A stretch of DNA of 64,000 bases from Felis catus (GCF_018350175.1 NC_058368.1:86988001-87052000); one strand, 5' to 3'; numbered from the stretch's first letter, positions 12,709-25,911 are shown. Notes: generated from the sequence alone by a model not told the origin. Numbers and translations: made by a program.

Positions 12709-15061
12709 TGCCCTATGTCTTTTGATTAGAGCAGCTAGTCCATTTATATTTAAAGTACTGAAAGATATTAACTTAGTGCCATTGTGTTGCTTGTAGAGTT
12801 GGTGTATCTGATGATGTTCTCTCGTCCTTTCTAGTGTTTGTTGCTTTTGGTCTTTTTTGTTTTGTTTAATCTTTTCTCCCTTTAAAGATACCCCCTTAAA
12901 GTTTCTTGAAGAGCGGGTTTAGTGGTCCCAAACTCCTTTAGTTTCTGTTTGGGAAATTCTATATCTCTCTTTCTATTTTAAGTGGCAGCTTTGCTGGATA
13001 AAGGATTTTGGGCTGCATATTTTTCTGATTCATTATGTTGAATATATCTGGCACTCCTTTCTGGCCTGCCAAGTTTCTGTGGATAAGTATGACACAATCC
13101 CTCATCCAGCTTCCTTCTGTCAACAACCAGTCTGTGGTGTACATTTAACAGTCTGTTTTGTTGTTGTTTTTTCATCTGTTTCTTTTTTCCCTTGTTTGTT
13201 TTGTTTCTTAAATTCCACATATGAGTGAAGTTATAACATTTAAATATATAAAACATTTATATATATAAAACATATATAAGACGTTTTGGCTCTTTTATAA
13301 TATGGCTGTTGTTGATAATCCTTCTATTAGCACAGGGGTGAATATATCCCTTTGAATCAGCATTTTTGTATCCTTTGGGTAAATACTTAGTAGTACAATT
13401 GCTGGTGTATAGGATAGTTCTATTTTTAAGTTTTTGAGGAATCTTCATACTGCTTTCCAGAGTGGCTGCACCAGTTTGCATTCCCACACACAGGGTAAGA
13501 GGGTTCCCATTTCTCTGCATCTTTGCCAACATCTGTTGTTTCCTGTGTTGTTAATTTTAGCCACTCTGACTGGTGTGAGGGGATACGTCACAGTATTTTT
13601 TATTTGTATTTCCCTGCTAATAAGTGATGTTGCACATCTTTTAATGTGTCTGTTAGTCATTTGTTTGTCTCCTTGGAAAAATGTCTTTTCATGACTTCTA
13701 TTTTTTTTCCATTGGATTATTTGGTTTTTGGGTGTTGAGTTTTATAAGTTATTTGTATATTTTTGATACTAACCCTTTATCAGATATATTATGTGCAAAT
13801 ATCTTTTCCCATTCTGAAGTGTGACTTTTAGTTTTGTTAATTGTTGCCCTTGTTGTCTATAAGTTTTTTTTTTTTTATCTTGATGACGTCCTAACGGTTA
13901 ATTTTCGCTTCTGTTTCCCTTGCCTCAGGAGATATGTTCACTCTAACCCCACTTTGTTGGGAGTTTTTATCATGGATGGATGTTGCACTTTGTCAAATGC
14001 TTTTTCTGCATGTACTAAAAGGATCAAATGGTTCTTATCCTTTGTTTTATTAATATGGTGTATCACGTTGACTGATTTGTGAAAATTGTAATGTATTTTC
14101 AGCCTAATAATTAATCCGACTTGATCATGACGAGTGATTCTTTTAAAGTACTGTTGAATTTGACTTACTAGTATTTTATTGAGAATTTTTGCATCCATTT
14201 TTGCGTCAGGGATTCTGGCCTGTAGTTTTCTTTTTCATTAGTCTTTATCTGGTTTTTGTTATCAGGCTGATTTTGGCCTCATGGAATGAATTTGGAAGTT
14301 TTCCTTCCATTTCTTATTTTTTTTTAGATATTTAGAGAAAGGTAGGTATTCACACTATTTAAATGTTTAGTGTAATTGACAGGTGAAACCATCTGGCCCT
14401 GGACTTTTGCTTATTGGGGGATTTTTTATTACTGATTCAATTTTTTTTGTTTTGTTTTGTTTTGTTTTGCTAGCCATTGCTTTGCTCACGTTTTCCAATT
14501 TTCCTGTTTCAGTTTTGGTAGTTTATATGTTTCTAGGAATTTATCCATGTCTTCCAGGTTGCCTATTTTTTGACATAGAGTTTTCATAATATTCTCTTAT
14601 AATTGTATTTCTGTGTTATTGTGTGTTATTTTTTCTCTCTCATTTGTGATTTCATTTATTTGCATCCTTTCTCTTTCTTTTTTGATAAGTCTGGCTAAAA
14701 GATCAATTTTATTAATTTTTTCCAAAGAACCATCTGCTGGTGTCATTCATCTGTTGTATTTTTTTTTGTTTCTATATCACTTATTTCTGCTTTAATCTTT
14801 ATTATTCTCCTTCTGCTAGGTTTATGTTCTATTTTTTTTTCTTTTTCTAGATACTTTAGGTATAAGTTTGGGTGTGTATTTGAGATTTTTCTTGCTTGTT
14901 CAGGTGAGCCTATATTGCTATAAACTTCCTTATTAAGACTGCCTTTGCTGCATCCCAAAGGTTTTGAACTGTCCTATTTTCATTTTTATTGTCTTTTCCA
15001 TGTACTTTTCTATTTTTTTTTCCTTTTACTTCCTAGTTGACCTATTAGTTATTAGAAATTC

Positions 15062-15261
15062 TTTAATTTTTTAAAAGTTTATTTACTTTTGAGAAACAGA
15101 GAGACAGACCATCAGCAGGGGAGGAGCAGAGAGAGATAGAAACACAGAATCTGAAACAGGCTCCAGGCTCTGAGCTGTCAGCACAGTGTCTGATGTGGGG
15201 CTCAAACCCACAAGATGTGAGATCTTGGGACACCTAACTGACTGAGCTACCCAGGCACCCC
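15062..15261 (-). mobile_element. Carnivore SINE
   Basis: tRNA-derived head, CT tract and A-tail on the minus strand. Confidence 0.9.
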
Positions 15262-15299
15262 AACCCATTAATTATTTAGTAGGATTTTTTTTTAACCTT

Positions 15300-16606
15300 G
15301 TTCAGTGTGTAGCATTTTAACTCAGTGTCTTTTGGTCCACTTGTTTAAAAAAGGCTGATCTTATTTCCATGAGCTGAAGCTTTGCAGTACTCTATGAACA
15401 GTAGACTTGTAATGTGCAGGGGGTTTGTGCTGGTCTTCTGGTTGAGGGGCCTGTTGCATTGGTTCTCAGGCTGACTTGCCCTAGTAAAGATGAACCTTCA
15501 GGGTGCAGTGAGGTCAGGCTTGCTGTGAATGGCTACAGCCTCCACTAGCATCACAGTGTTGTTCACTGAAGTCTGTGCTGGTGGGCAGGGGTAAAATGGC
15601 ATAGTTCCCCTCTCTAATCCCTGGATAAGGGAGTTTGTACCCACCAGTATTCAGAAAGCTTCACAGAAGAGCAAACCATCTCCTTTTTTGTGTCCCAGGC
15701 TTCTATCAGAACCCTGCTTTCATTCTGTCTGTGACTGAGCTTCTGCCTGCCTGGAAGCATAGTGCTCCTGTGTTTTATCTCAGGCCCATGGCTGGATTTC
15801 AAAAAGTCCAAATTTTAAGGACAAGGCACAGCACAGACCCATGCTGATCCTTGGGAGAGGTTCTCATCACACTGTGGCTGGTGTCTGTTTGTCGCTGAAA
15901 AGCAGTTGCACGACTGAGCAAGGGTTTGGAGTTTATGGTAAAGCACATCCAAAAGCTGGCTTCCGGGTTAGCTGCTTTCAGCAGATGCCTCTACTGTTAT
16001 GCTAAATAATGGGATCACTCATTGGTGCCCACTGTCTCTTGTCCCCTGAGCGGCAGTGCCACCTCTCCCAAGTGCACTCCAAGAAGGGGAACTATTTCTC
16101 CTCATATGACCCAAGAGATCCTCAGACCACGCTGTTTGCTCCCAGGTCTTTGCTCTCTTTATCCACAGGGGCACCACTAAACACACCAGGCACAACATCG
16201 CAATGTTGTGGACATCTAAAATTTCAGACATTTAGCTCCACTGCTTGTAAAAACTTGCAATAAGCATCACCTCTCCTTTTCCTAGTCAATGGTTTTGGGA
16301 AAAAAGAAATTTCTTGCCCAATCCCTTGAATACTGCTTTCTCTCTTTATGTCTTTCTCTCTCTCTCCCCTTTCTTCATGATGAGGGCCCCCTCTCCTCTA
16401 CAGCAACTGCAATTTTTCTCCCCCAAATCAACTCTACACAGCTCCTACCTTCCATTATGTGGCCATTTTTCTCCACGTAGATGTGTAGTATGTTCTCTCA
16501 GTCCTCATATTGATTTACTGGGTGTTCAGAATGATTTGACATTTATCTTGCTGTGTTGAGGGATGAAATAAGCATAGGGTCTCCCTACTATTCCTCCATT
16601 TAACTC
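15300..16606 (-). mobile_element. LINE-1 5'UTR (carnivore type) joined directly to ORF2 sequence, ORF1 absent
   Basis: Reverse complement of 16480-16606 resembles the L1 5' start at 28850-29030. At ~15300 it abuts AGGTTAAAAA..CTACTAAA (ORF2 post-endonuclease region). Confidence 0.7.
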
Positions 16607-16876
16607 CCATACTGAAGTCTTTGAAACCACACTGTGTCTAATTTCAATCTTCTTCAATTTATTGAGCTTTGTGGACTAACATTTGATCTATCCTAGATAA
16701 TATTCTATGTGCACTTGAAAAGAATTTGTTTCTGTTGTTTTGCCATAGGATGTTCTGAATGTATCTGTTGGCTTCATCTGGTCCAAAGTGTCATTCAAAA
16801 TCATGGTTGCTTTGTTGATTTTCTATTTGAGAGATCTTTCCATTGATTTAAATGGGGAGTTAAAGTCCATACTATA

Positions 16877-16999
16877 GGGGCACTTGGTTGGTTCAGCTGG
16901 TTGAGCCTCCAACTCTGGATTTTGTCTCAAGCTATGATTCCAGGGTCATAGGATCAAGCCCCATGTTGGGCTCTGTACTGAGAATGAAGCCTGGTTGGG

Positions 17000-17051
<52 letters not shown>

Positions 17052-17122
17052 CCTCCCTCGGCCCCTCTCCCTTGTTCATGCTCTCTCTCTCTCTCAAGTA
17101 AAAAAAATAAATAAAAATAAAT
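16877..17122 (+). mobile_element. Carnivore SINE
   Basis: GGGGCACTTGGTTGGTTCAG head, long (CT)n and A-tail. Confidence 0.95.
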
Positions 17123-17294
17123 GTCCCCTGCTATTATGGTATTATTGTCTATTTCTTCCTTTATGTCTATTAATAATTGCTTTAGGTGTTTAGGTTCTCC
17201 CATGCTGGTTTCATAAATATTTGCAATTAGTATACCCTCTTATTAGATTGTTCTCTTTATAGTTTTGTAATGTACTTTGTGTCTTGTTACGGTC

Positions 17295-17327
<33 letters not shown>

Positions 17328-17359
17328 AATCTTGTTTATTTGTTACTCTTAGAAAATCC

Positions 17360-17957
17360 TTTTTTTCCAAATTTTAATTTAGTTATAATTAGTTAACATA
17401 CATCGCAATATTGGTTTCAGGAGTAGAATTCAGTGATTCATCAATTACATACAACACCTAGTGCTCATAACAAGTGCCCTCCTTAATACCCATCACTCAT
17501 ATACCCCATTACCCACCCCTTCCCTCATCAACCTTCATGAAGTCTCTTAGGGGCACCTGGATGTCTCAGTTGATTGTGTCCAACTCTTGACTTTGACTCA
17601 TGTCATGATTTCATGGCTCATGGAAATCAAGCCTCAGGTTGGGCTCTGCACTGACAGCTTGGAGTCTGCTTGAGATTCTCTCTCCCTCTCTCTCTGCCTC
17701 TTCTCCACTTGCACCCTCTCTCTCTTTCAAAATAAATAGCTAAATATTAAAAAAGTTTCTCTTATGGTTTGTTTCCCATTCCCTCTTTTCACCTTCCCAT
17801 ATGTTCACCTTTTCATTTCTTAAATTCCAAATATGAATGAAATTATATGGTAACTGGCTTTCTCTGACTCACTATGTTGCTTAGCATAATATATTCTACT
17901 TCCATCAATGTCATTGCAAATGGTAAGATTTCATCTTTTTGATGGCAATGTAATATT

Positions 17958-17996
<39 letters not shown>

Positions 17997-18494
17997 CATA
18001 TTCTTTATTCATTCATCAGTCAGTGGACATTTAGGCTCTTTCCATAGTTTGACTATTGTTGATAATGTTGTTATAAACATCGGGGTACATGTGCTTCTTT
18101 GAATCAGTAGTTTTGTATTCTTTGGTTAAATACTTAGTAGTCCAAATACTGGTTCATAAGGTAGTTCTATTTTTAATTTCTTGAAGAACTTCCATACTGT
18201 TTTCCAGACTGGCTGCACCAGTTTACATTCCTACCAACTGTGCAAAAGTGTTCTCCTTTCTCTGGATCCTCATCAACACATTTTGCTTCCTGAGTTAATT
18301 GTAGCCATTCTGACAGTTGTAAGGTGTTATCTCATTGTGGTTTTGATTTGTATTTCTCTGGTAATGAGTGATGTTGAACATCTTTTCATGTGTCTGTTTG
18401 CTATCTGAGTGTTTTCTTTGGAAAAATGTCTATTCATGTCTTCTGACCATTCATTTTTTGAATTTTTTAAATATAATTTATTGTCAACAGACAC

Positions 18495-18531
<37 letters not shown>

Positions 18532-18795
18532 TGTATGGTCTACTTTCATTCTTCTGCACATTGTTGTCCAGTTTTCCCAGCACCATTTGTTAAAGAGACT
18601 GTCTTTTTTTTCCATTGGATATTCTTTCCTGCTTTGTTGAAAATTAGTTGGCCATAGAGTTGTGGGTCAGTTTTTGGGTTTTCTATTCTGTTTCATTGAT
18701 CTATGTGTCTGTTTTTGTGCCAGTATCATACTGTCTTATGGCTACAGCTTTGTAATATAGCTTGAAGACCAGAATCATAATGTCTCCACCTTTGC
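17360..18795 (-). mobile_element. 5'-truncated LINE-1 inserted just after the RPS6 pseudogene stop codon
   Basis: L1 ORF2 3' part, 3'UTR and T-rich tail at ~17360. TSD TAGAAAATC at 17350-17358 and 18796-18804. Confidence 0.9.
17550..17754 (+). mobile_element. Carnivore SINE nested in the L1 3'UTR
   Basis: GGGGCACCTGGATGTCTCAG head. TSD-like AAGTCTCTTA / AAGTTTCTCTTA. Confidence 0.9.
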
Positions 18796-21700
18796 TAGAA
18801 AATCTCATTTTTGACTACACTCAGACTTAGATGTAGAAGCCTTCAGAGAGGACAGCTTCTTTCTTTTGTCATTCTGTTCCAGGTGCTTTTCTTTTGTTTC
18901 CTTCATTCTCTTGGCCAAAAGTTTACCATATTCTATAGCCTCTTCCCTATTTTTCTTCATACCCCATTTCTTCAGACCAATATGCCAATGTTTGTGTTGG
19001 AGGACATGTATAGTAATAAGACATGGAACCTTGGGCACTTTTGTTCTAGGTTTCTTACCATCTTTGTTTATGGGCTTTCTCACAACATACTGGTGGACAT
19101 CATCTTCTTTAGAGAGATTGAAAACTTTGCAGATTCTGCTAACTCTTATGGGTCCATGTGACAAGGCACAATAGTATCAGCGAGTATAGAAATATCCTCC
19201 TCCTTTTTTTTACAATGACCAAGATGAGAACACTGAGGTTGTCATCTACAATGTAACCCCAAATGTATTTGCACTTTTTTTCTCCAGTCTTCCTTATCTG
19301 TAACAGGAATGCCCCTTACTCAGCAGCAGGTGGTCATAGCCACAGCTAAAGACACTCTGCTCCATGGGGAACCTTGTTTGTCATTGCCACCACTTATTCA
19401 GACCACCTAATCTTTTCATTCTTCACTCAGAACATCAGCAGCAACTTCTGTGACCGTATGCTTCTCATAAAAAATACTGAGCTTGCACTCATCATCCACT
19501 TCAATGAATTTCTGGAAGTTAATATCTGGGAAAGATACATTCAGCTTCATCTTAAAATAGCCTGCCAACTTCAAGGTACCATAAAAAAAAGAGTTGTTAC
19601 AGTCTTTGCTCTCACATCTATTTTTGTCTAAGCGTTGCTATCTTGACTTTTCTTTTCTTTCCTTTTATTCTTCTTTTTTTTTTTTTACTTCAATTTGCAT
19701 GGAATTCTTTTTACATCCCTTCACTTTCAGTTCATATATGTGTTTAGGTTGAAGTAAATCTTGCAGAAAGTATATAAATGTGTCTTGGTTTACGTTTTGT
19801 TTTGTTTTTATCCATTCCACTACTTTATGTCTTTTTTATTGGAGCATCTAGACCATTTGCTTTTAAACTAATGATAGGTATATACTTGTTGTCATTTTGT
19901 TAATTGTTTTCCTGTTGTTTTTGGTTCTCCAACCCTTTTGTCTCTTGCTGTCTTTTTTGTGGTTATTTACTTTCTGTAATGTTATTTTTGGCTATCTTTA
20001 TGTTTATTTTCGTGTGAATGTATTATAGGTTTTGTGTTTGTGGTTACCATAAGATTCATATACAACATCCAAATAATATAATAGTCTATATTAAGGTGAT
20101 GGCCATTTAAATTCTAACACATCCTAAAATAACATTTTTACTACCCCTTCCATGTTTTGTGTATATGTTGTCATATTTTACATCATTTCATTCATAATTG
20201 TCTTACTTCTAATTATGGCCTTTACTTGTCTACTTAAAAATTCCCTTTAACATTACTCCTAAAGCCAGTTCAGTGGTGATGAACTACTTTAACTTTTATC
20301 TTTGAAGCTGTGTATCTCTTTTTCAATTCTGAAAGATAATATTGGTAGGTAGAGTATACTGGTTGCATTTTTTTTCTTTTAGTGCTTTGAGTATATCTTT
20401 CCACTCCTTGCTGGCCTGCAAAGTTTTTAGTAAAGAAAAATTAGCTCATAGCCTTTTAGTCTATGTAAAAGGCTCATATCCTTTTAACACTTCATACATA
20501 AGTATTTGCTTTTATGTTGTTTTTCCTTATAAAATTATCTTCATCTTTAATCTTTGACATTTTAAATATGTGTTATAGTGTGGACCTCCTTGGGTTCATT
20601 TTCCTTGGAAAACTCGGTGGTCTTTGGAGTTGGATGTCTATTTCCTTCCATAGCTTAGAGAACTTTTTAGCTATTATTTCTTCAAAGAAGTTTTATCTTT
20701 ATGAAACCCCTAAAATGAAAATTATTATTCACTTTACGTTTTCCAAGAGATCCCTTAAGTTATCTTCATTTTTAAATTTTATTTTTATTTTTGCTGTTCA
20801 GTTTGGATACTTTCCATTACTCTATCTTCCACTTCACCAATCCATTTTTCTGTATCTGCTAATCTGTTATTACCCTCCAACGTATTTTTCATTTCTATTA
20901 TTGTATTCTCCAATTCTGATTGATTTTTTAATTTTTTTTATCTTTTTGAAATTTTCACTGAGTTTTTCCACTCTTCTCTTTCGAATGGTGAGCATCTTAT
21001 GATAAATACTTTATCTCTTCATCAGTTATATTGCTATATCTGTTTTATTACTTTTATGAGGTTTTTTTGTTGTTCTTGTTTGTGAAGCATATTCCTCTAT
21101 ATCCTAGATTTTCTTAATTTTCTATTTGCGCTTCTATGTATTAAGCCCAACAACTACTTCTCCTAAACTTGTAGGAATAATTTTGTATTTGGTCATCCCC
21201 TGTTTAGGCTGTGTGTGATGACTGACTGTATGGGTGGAGTTGTGGGTGATGTGGGCTGGGGGACCCCATATAACTCTTTCTGGAGATACTCTGGAGTGAT
21301 GCGCAGACCTGAAGTAAGCATGGGCTAAACATTACCAGGGCTCTCCATGCAAAGTCTCCTTGCAGAACACCTGAAGTCACAGTGGATGCATGCTGTGGGG
21401 TGTCAGGACTCTCTACACAGCCTGGCAGGTTAGGTGAAGCTGAAATGGGTGCAAGTCAAGGTGCTCAGCATAAAAGGCTACCTTGGCAGTATGGCTGCAG
21501 CTGAGGCAGACATGGACCAGCACTTCCTAGAGTGCTCCAGGCAGAGGGCACCCTGGTGAGGCAGCTGGAGCTAAAGCAGGAATGAGCAAGGAAGTCTCAA
21601 AGTGCTCTGTGGTAGAGATGCCCTAGCAAGTCATCTAAAGCAAAGTGGTGCAGGTCTAGAGTGTTCCATGGTGCTTTCTGCCTATGTCACTTTGGCAAAA

Positions 21701-21967
21701 TGACTAGAGTTGTAGTGAGTGCTAACCCAGCATATCTAGGTGTGCACCATACAAGGCCACCTTGGTGGCTCAGCTGGGGCTTGTGTGAGTTAGGAGTCCA
21801 TAGCTCACTAGGGGGTTGCCAGCCAGGGAACACAGACCTTGTTCCCATCCACACTATGAAAATCATGGGAGAATGTAAACCATGGTGCTTGTAGACCCAG
21901 ATAATGTTCCCATAGCTATCATCATCTGGCACAATTTTAGGGCTAGCTCTTTTATATTCTAGCTGCT

Positions 21968-22900
21968 TGTTTATTTATGTATTTGACTGTGAATTTTTGG
22001 TTACATTTCAAATTTATTTTTAACCATTTAGAGCTGGATCAATGAGAGAGAAAGGTGCCTTTTAGCTGTGTCACCTGATGTTCCCCTTAAATGTAAAGGA
22101 ATGACATTTGATGCCATTATCCCCAGTCAGCTTACAGTTGAGTCACCTCCTTGCTTTCATAGCCCTTAAGCCCACCACCCAGCAAGGACTTTCACACCAT
22201 GCTGATGACAAACTTCACTGCCCAGGAGGACCTAGAGTTTCTCCCTCTGGCAGATCAAAGGCAGGCCTCCATGGTAGCCATAGCTGAATGCTAGGGTACC
22301 TGAGACATAGGGTCTCCTGTGTCAGTTCCTCCTTCTTTACTCTCTTCCTCCAGGATGGCATCTGGCGTTCCCAGACCAGGTGCATACCTTGGAAGGAGGT
22401 GGGTGCTCTCATGGTTTGCCTGGTGGTACAGGTAACAGGGTGATGTTGGGGGTGAGGGTGTATCTTCTCTCATAGAATTCAAGGAAGCATTGGGAGAAGT
22501 GAGGTTTGGTGCACCTCAGATAAAGTACTCCTTTCTGCTGCTGTCACCTTTGCCTTGGAGGGAGTGATTTTCCTGCAGGGCTGGATCTCTGCTTTAGGCA
22601 AACTCCTTGCCCTTGGCCTTGGTGTGGATCATGCCCTTGTGCCAATAGAAGTAGTGTAGCATGAGGAGGAGGAGGAAGATCCAGAGGAAGACCACAGCAG
22701 CAATTAGGTCTGCCCTGATGGTGCTGTCCATCCCCCACAAGGTGATGAACATGCCAGGTTTGGGTTGGTGGCAGGGCTATAACATGCTGCTGGGGCCACT
22801 CATCACCAACAGGTGCAGGGTCAGAAGCTGGGTCAGAGGCTGAGGGGACAGTGGAGCAGTGGCAGTGGTCATGCCTGTCTGCTTCTGAACTTCAGTAGCC
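21968..22900 (-). pseudogene. GYPC: Processed pseudogene of glycophorin C (CDS-derived ~22803-22516)
   Basis: Manual translation MSGPSSML*PCHQPKPGMFITLWGMDSTIRADLIAAVVFLWIFLLLLMLHYFYWHKGMIHTKAKGKEFA*SRDPALQENHSLQGKGDSSRKEYFI* matches the GYPC TM segment, RHKG 4.1-binding motif and terminal EYFI. AATAAA at 22013-22018 (minus), decayed poly(A), perfect TSD TATATTCTAGCTGCT at 21953-21967 and 22901-22915. Confidence 0.93.
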
Positions 22901-24547
22901 TATATTCTAGCTGCTCTTTTAAGCTGTAGCTTTTTTTCTACATAACAGGGCATCTCAGCTCATATAGGTTAGTGGCCTGGGAATTACCAAGGCAGCAGGC
23001 CCCCTATGGAACCCAACCTTGCAGCCCTCTGTTATCAGGATGGAAGGGGAACACATACCGTTGTGCTTGCCAACCTCTCTGACCCACGGAGAGTTCCAGG
23101 GGCTCCCCCACTGTAGGCAGAGTTTATGGGCTGGGTAACTTACATTCTAGTTTCTGTTTCACACCATGACTTTTGTGAGTCTTGGGGCATTTCAGGCTGG
23201 TGTGAAATAGGGGCCCAGTGATTGCCGGGGCAACAGACAGGGTAGGGTGCCCAGACCCTGCTCCTATCTGCACGATCAGGGTAGAGAAGAATCATAAACT
23301 ATGACATTTGCCAACCTCTCTAATTAACAGAGATTTCCAGCACCTCCCCCACCTTTGGGCAGGGTTATAAGAGCCCTTTCCTTTCTATCTAGTTGCTCCT
23401 TTAAACCACAGCTTTTTTCTGTGCCCAGGATGGATGAATCTGCTCACATTCTCTCACTATTCCTGCCCATGACAGTTTTCAGCATCAGGGGTGAGGGTTT
23501 CCTTTGTTACTGTATCTCTGTCTCTTTTGTCATTCTCTATGAGATCTACCTTGTTGAGTAGAAGCTGTTCAGTCAGCTCTCAGTTCATTTTAGGAAGATT
23601 TGCACTATCAGTTGGTGTACATTTGCTGTGTCTATGAAGGATTTGAGTTTAAGGTCTTTCTACCTTGCCATCTTCTAACGTCGGGTTTTTGTGGAAGGAC
23701 TGGTTTCCCAGTATTGACTTTTGTTTTTCAGTTACACTCAAAATAAAAATAACTGTATATATTTTAGAATCTGAATATCCACATTTAACCAAGAAAATAT
23801 AAATAAATGAGTGCAAAAACTGCAAAAAAATTTGTGATTTTGTGTTTACAACCCATGTCAAGAACAATGTCATCTAGTGAGAAGGCACAGGTATTTATTT
23901 CTGAAATTAAATCTAGCTTTGAAATGGGAGTGAGGGACAGGTAACATCTTTTTGGGTAAAATAAAAAAGAAAAACCATATGTTTATTATATTTTGTTTCT
24001 TTTAGTCTTTCTTGATAGTTATTGTTAAATGAGAATATGTAAAAAAACAGTTAATATGATATCCTACTCTTCAATAAATTGACAGTATGAAGACTTAGTT
24101 TTCTACTTCAGTAGGGGAAGTACATGTATAAAGAGCTTAATTTCCAATTTGAAGCTTTAATGAAGGAACATTATAAGGTAAATTTGAGGTGTTTAAATAC
24201 TAAATAATTCATCACAAATGAAAATTAAAAAGATTCATTACCTAGACAATTGGTAAATATTTAATTACTTACATCTATTGAATCCCTGATAATAAGTGTC
24301 AGAAATAAAATATAGACTTTGTGGTGAAGATTACAATTTATACCCATACACCACTCTATTTCCCATGGTTTAATCTCTGAACTTAAATAAACATATATTT
24401 TGCTTAGTTACACATAAGTGAAGAAAATCTCCCTTATTATATTAAGTAAACATAAATTTCACTGATGTGAAATTGGGAAACATGGTTTGACTAATTTAGA
24501 AGCTGACTGACTATATATCTTGGTAAATGCTTCCTTGCACATCACAG

Positions 24548-25486
24548 TCATAGGGAACACAATTTTTTTGACAGAAGTGTTTTCAGAGCCACTTTCATAT
24601 CTTTGTTTCTTAAAGTATAGATAATAGGATTTAAGGTTGGGGTCACCATGGTGTAGAAGAGGGAGATAAACTTGCCTTGGTCCTGAGCATAACTGTTACC
24701 TGGTTGTAGGTACATGTAGATTATGGTGCCATAGAAAATGATCACCACTGTAAGGTGGGAGGAACAGGTGCTGAAGGCTTTGTGTCTTGCCTCTGCTGAT
24801 TTTATCCTCAGCACAGCTTGACTTATGAAGCCATAGGAGATAAGAATGAGTGCTGGGGGAATTAGGAGAAACAGGATACTAACCACAAAAAGCACCAACT
24901 CATTGACAGTGGTGTCCACACAAGCCAATTTGAGGAGAGCTGGTACTTCACAAATAAAATGATTGAGTCTATGGTTGCCACAGAGAGGCAATTGCAAGGT
25001 AAAAGTAGCATGGATCAGGGAATTGCTCAAACCACTGAGCCAGGAGAGGGATGCCAGCTGTTGGCATAGCTGTGGATTCATGATAGCCACATAGTGGAGG
25101 GGTTTGCAGACAGCAATGTAGCGATCCAAAGCCATTACAGCCAAGAGGATACACTCAGTGGAACCCAGCGCTAGAGAAATATAGAGTTGTACCACACAAC
25201 CACCATAGGTGATAGTCTTCTCTGGACCTCTCAGGTTGACTAAAGTCTGAGGTGCAAGGCTGGTAGTGAAGCAGAGGTCCAGTAGGGAGAGGTTGCTGAG
25301 GAAGAAGTACATGGGGGTGTGGAGGAGAGGATCCACGTATGATATAATGATGATGGCAAAGTTCCCCACAAGCGTCAGGATATAGAAAAAAAGGACTAAT
25401 ACAAAGAGTGCAGACTCCAGGCGAGGGTTGTCTGAGAAGCCTAGAAGGATGAAACTCATCAGGGAACTTTCATTGGCCCTTTCCAT
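24548..25486 (-). CDS. OR2G3: Olfactory receptor, family 2 subfamily G (OR2G3 orthologue), intact 312 aa
   Basis: OR motifs [38 protein letters not shown] and [15 protein letters not shown]-terminal NES sequon. Closely matches recalled human OR2G3 ([48 protein letters not shown]). Confidence 0.93.
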   Translation of the reverse strand: MERANESSLMSFILLGFSDNPRLESALFVLVLFFYILTLVGNFAIIIISYVDPLLHTPMYFFLSNLSLLDLCFTTSLAPQTLVNLRGPEKTITYGGCVVQLYISLALGSTECILLAVMALDRYIAVCKPLHYVAIMNPQLCQQLASLSWLSGLSNSLIHATFTLQLPLCGNHRLNHFICEVPALLKLACVDTTVNELVLFVVSILFLLIPPALILISYGFISQAVLRIKSAEARHKAFSTCSSHLTVVIIFYGTIIYMYLQPGNSYAQDQGKFISLFYTMVTPTLNPIIYTLRNKDMKVALKTLLSKKLCSL

Positions 25487-25526
25487 TTCTACAGAAGGAA
25501 CTACTTCTGTTAAGAGAGAAATGAGA
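25487..25526 (-). promoter_or_regulatory. Putative splice acceptor(s) upstream of the OR2G3 coding exon
   Basis: Minus strand CTCATTTCTCTCTTAACAG|AAGTAGTTCCTTCTGTAG|AAATG. OR genes usually have spliced non-coding 5' exons. Confidence 0.55.
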
Positions 25527-25911
25527 ACAAGTATGTTTGAAACAATTTATCCTAGAATCACAATGTACAAGTTGAAAGGGTGATGGAAACTAACTTGTCC
25601 AACTTACTAATTTTTTACCCTCAACGTGTTGCTGATTCAGAACAATAATCAGTCCAATGACTCTTAAAAAAATATGAATGCTTTCAACTTTGTAGTTGTC
25701 TGGACACTAATTACTAAACTAATCAATGTGTATAATTGCCCATATGTGAAATAATATGCAGTCACTTCCACTGAAATTAATCGTCTTGCAAAATAAAGAA
25801 GCAAGTGGCATCTCCATGGTTTTAACTGTCAGCAAAAATACGCATACAAAATACAATATTCAGATGGTAACCTAGGCAGACATGGCAATGGGAATTATCT
25901 CATCTTTCACC

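Larger units (their letters stand above)
11850..15300 (-). mobile_element. Mosaic of minus-strand LINE-1 pieces (two 3' ends, ORF1/ORF2 junction piece, ORF2 with internal deletion)
   Basis: Poly(T) tails at ~11850 and ~12065. ORF fragments [30 protein letters not shown] and MDAKILNKIL...DQVG. Confidence 0.85.
17299..19593 (-). pseudogene. RPS6: Processed pseudogene of ribosomal protein S6 (CDS-derived 19550-18805; 3'UTR displaced to ~17322-17358 by an L1 insertion)
   Basis: Translation MKLNVSFP...[19 protein letters not shown]...ISGGNDKQG and ORF 18805-19164 [17 protein letters not shown]...[15 protein letters not shown]. 5'TOP-like CTCTTTTTTT at 19593. No introns; stops present. TSD TTGTTAC(G/A)GTCTTTG at 17284-17298 and 19594-19608. 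Confidence 0.97.
16630..23676 (-). mobile_element. Old LINE-1 5' half (5'UTR with ~65-70-bp degenerate repeats, ORF1, ORF2 endonuclease); host of the RPS6 and GYPC retrocopies
   Basis: EN-like fragment PKHLKQLLIDIKEEIDNNTIIAGD. ORF1-like sequence at 20200-21150. Repeat array at ~21280-21830. L1-type start GAAGATGGCAA at ~23665-23675. Confidence 0.75.

Noticed and set aside
18805..19164. 119-aa ORF as a functional RPS6-derived retrogene
   Set aside because: It is only the C-terminal part of a copy with upstream stops and frameshifts and many radical substitutions.
17360..19593. RPS6-L1 chimeric retrotranscript by template switching
   Set aside because: The RPS6 3'UTR reappears beyond the L1 with a TAGAAAATC duplication, so it is a later nested insertion.
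20514..21002. 162-aa hydrophobic ORF (and similar F/L/I-rich ORFs) as membrane proteins
   Set aside because: These are antisense readings of A-rich L1 sequence; the hydrophobicity comes from T-richness.
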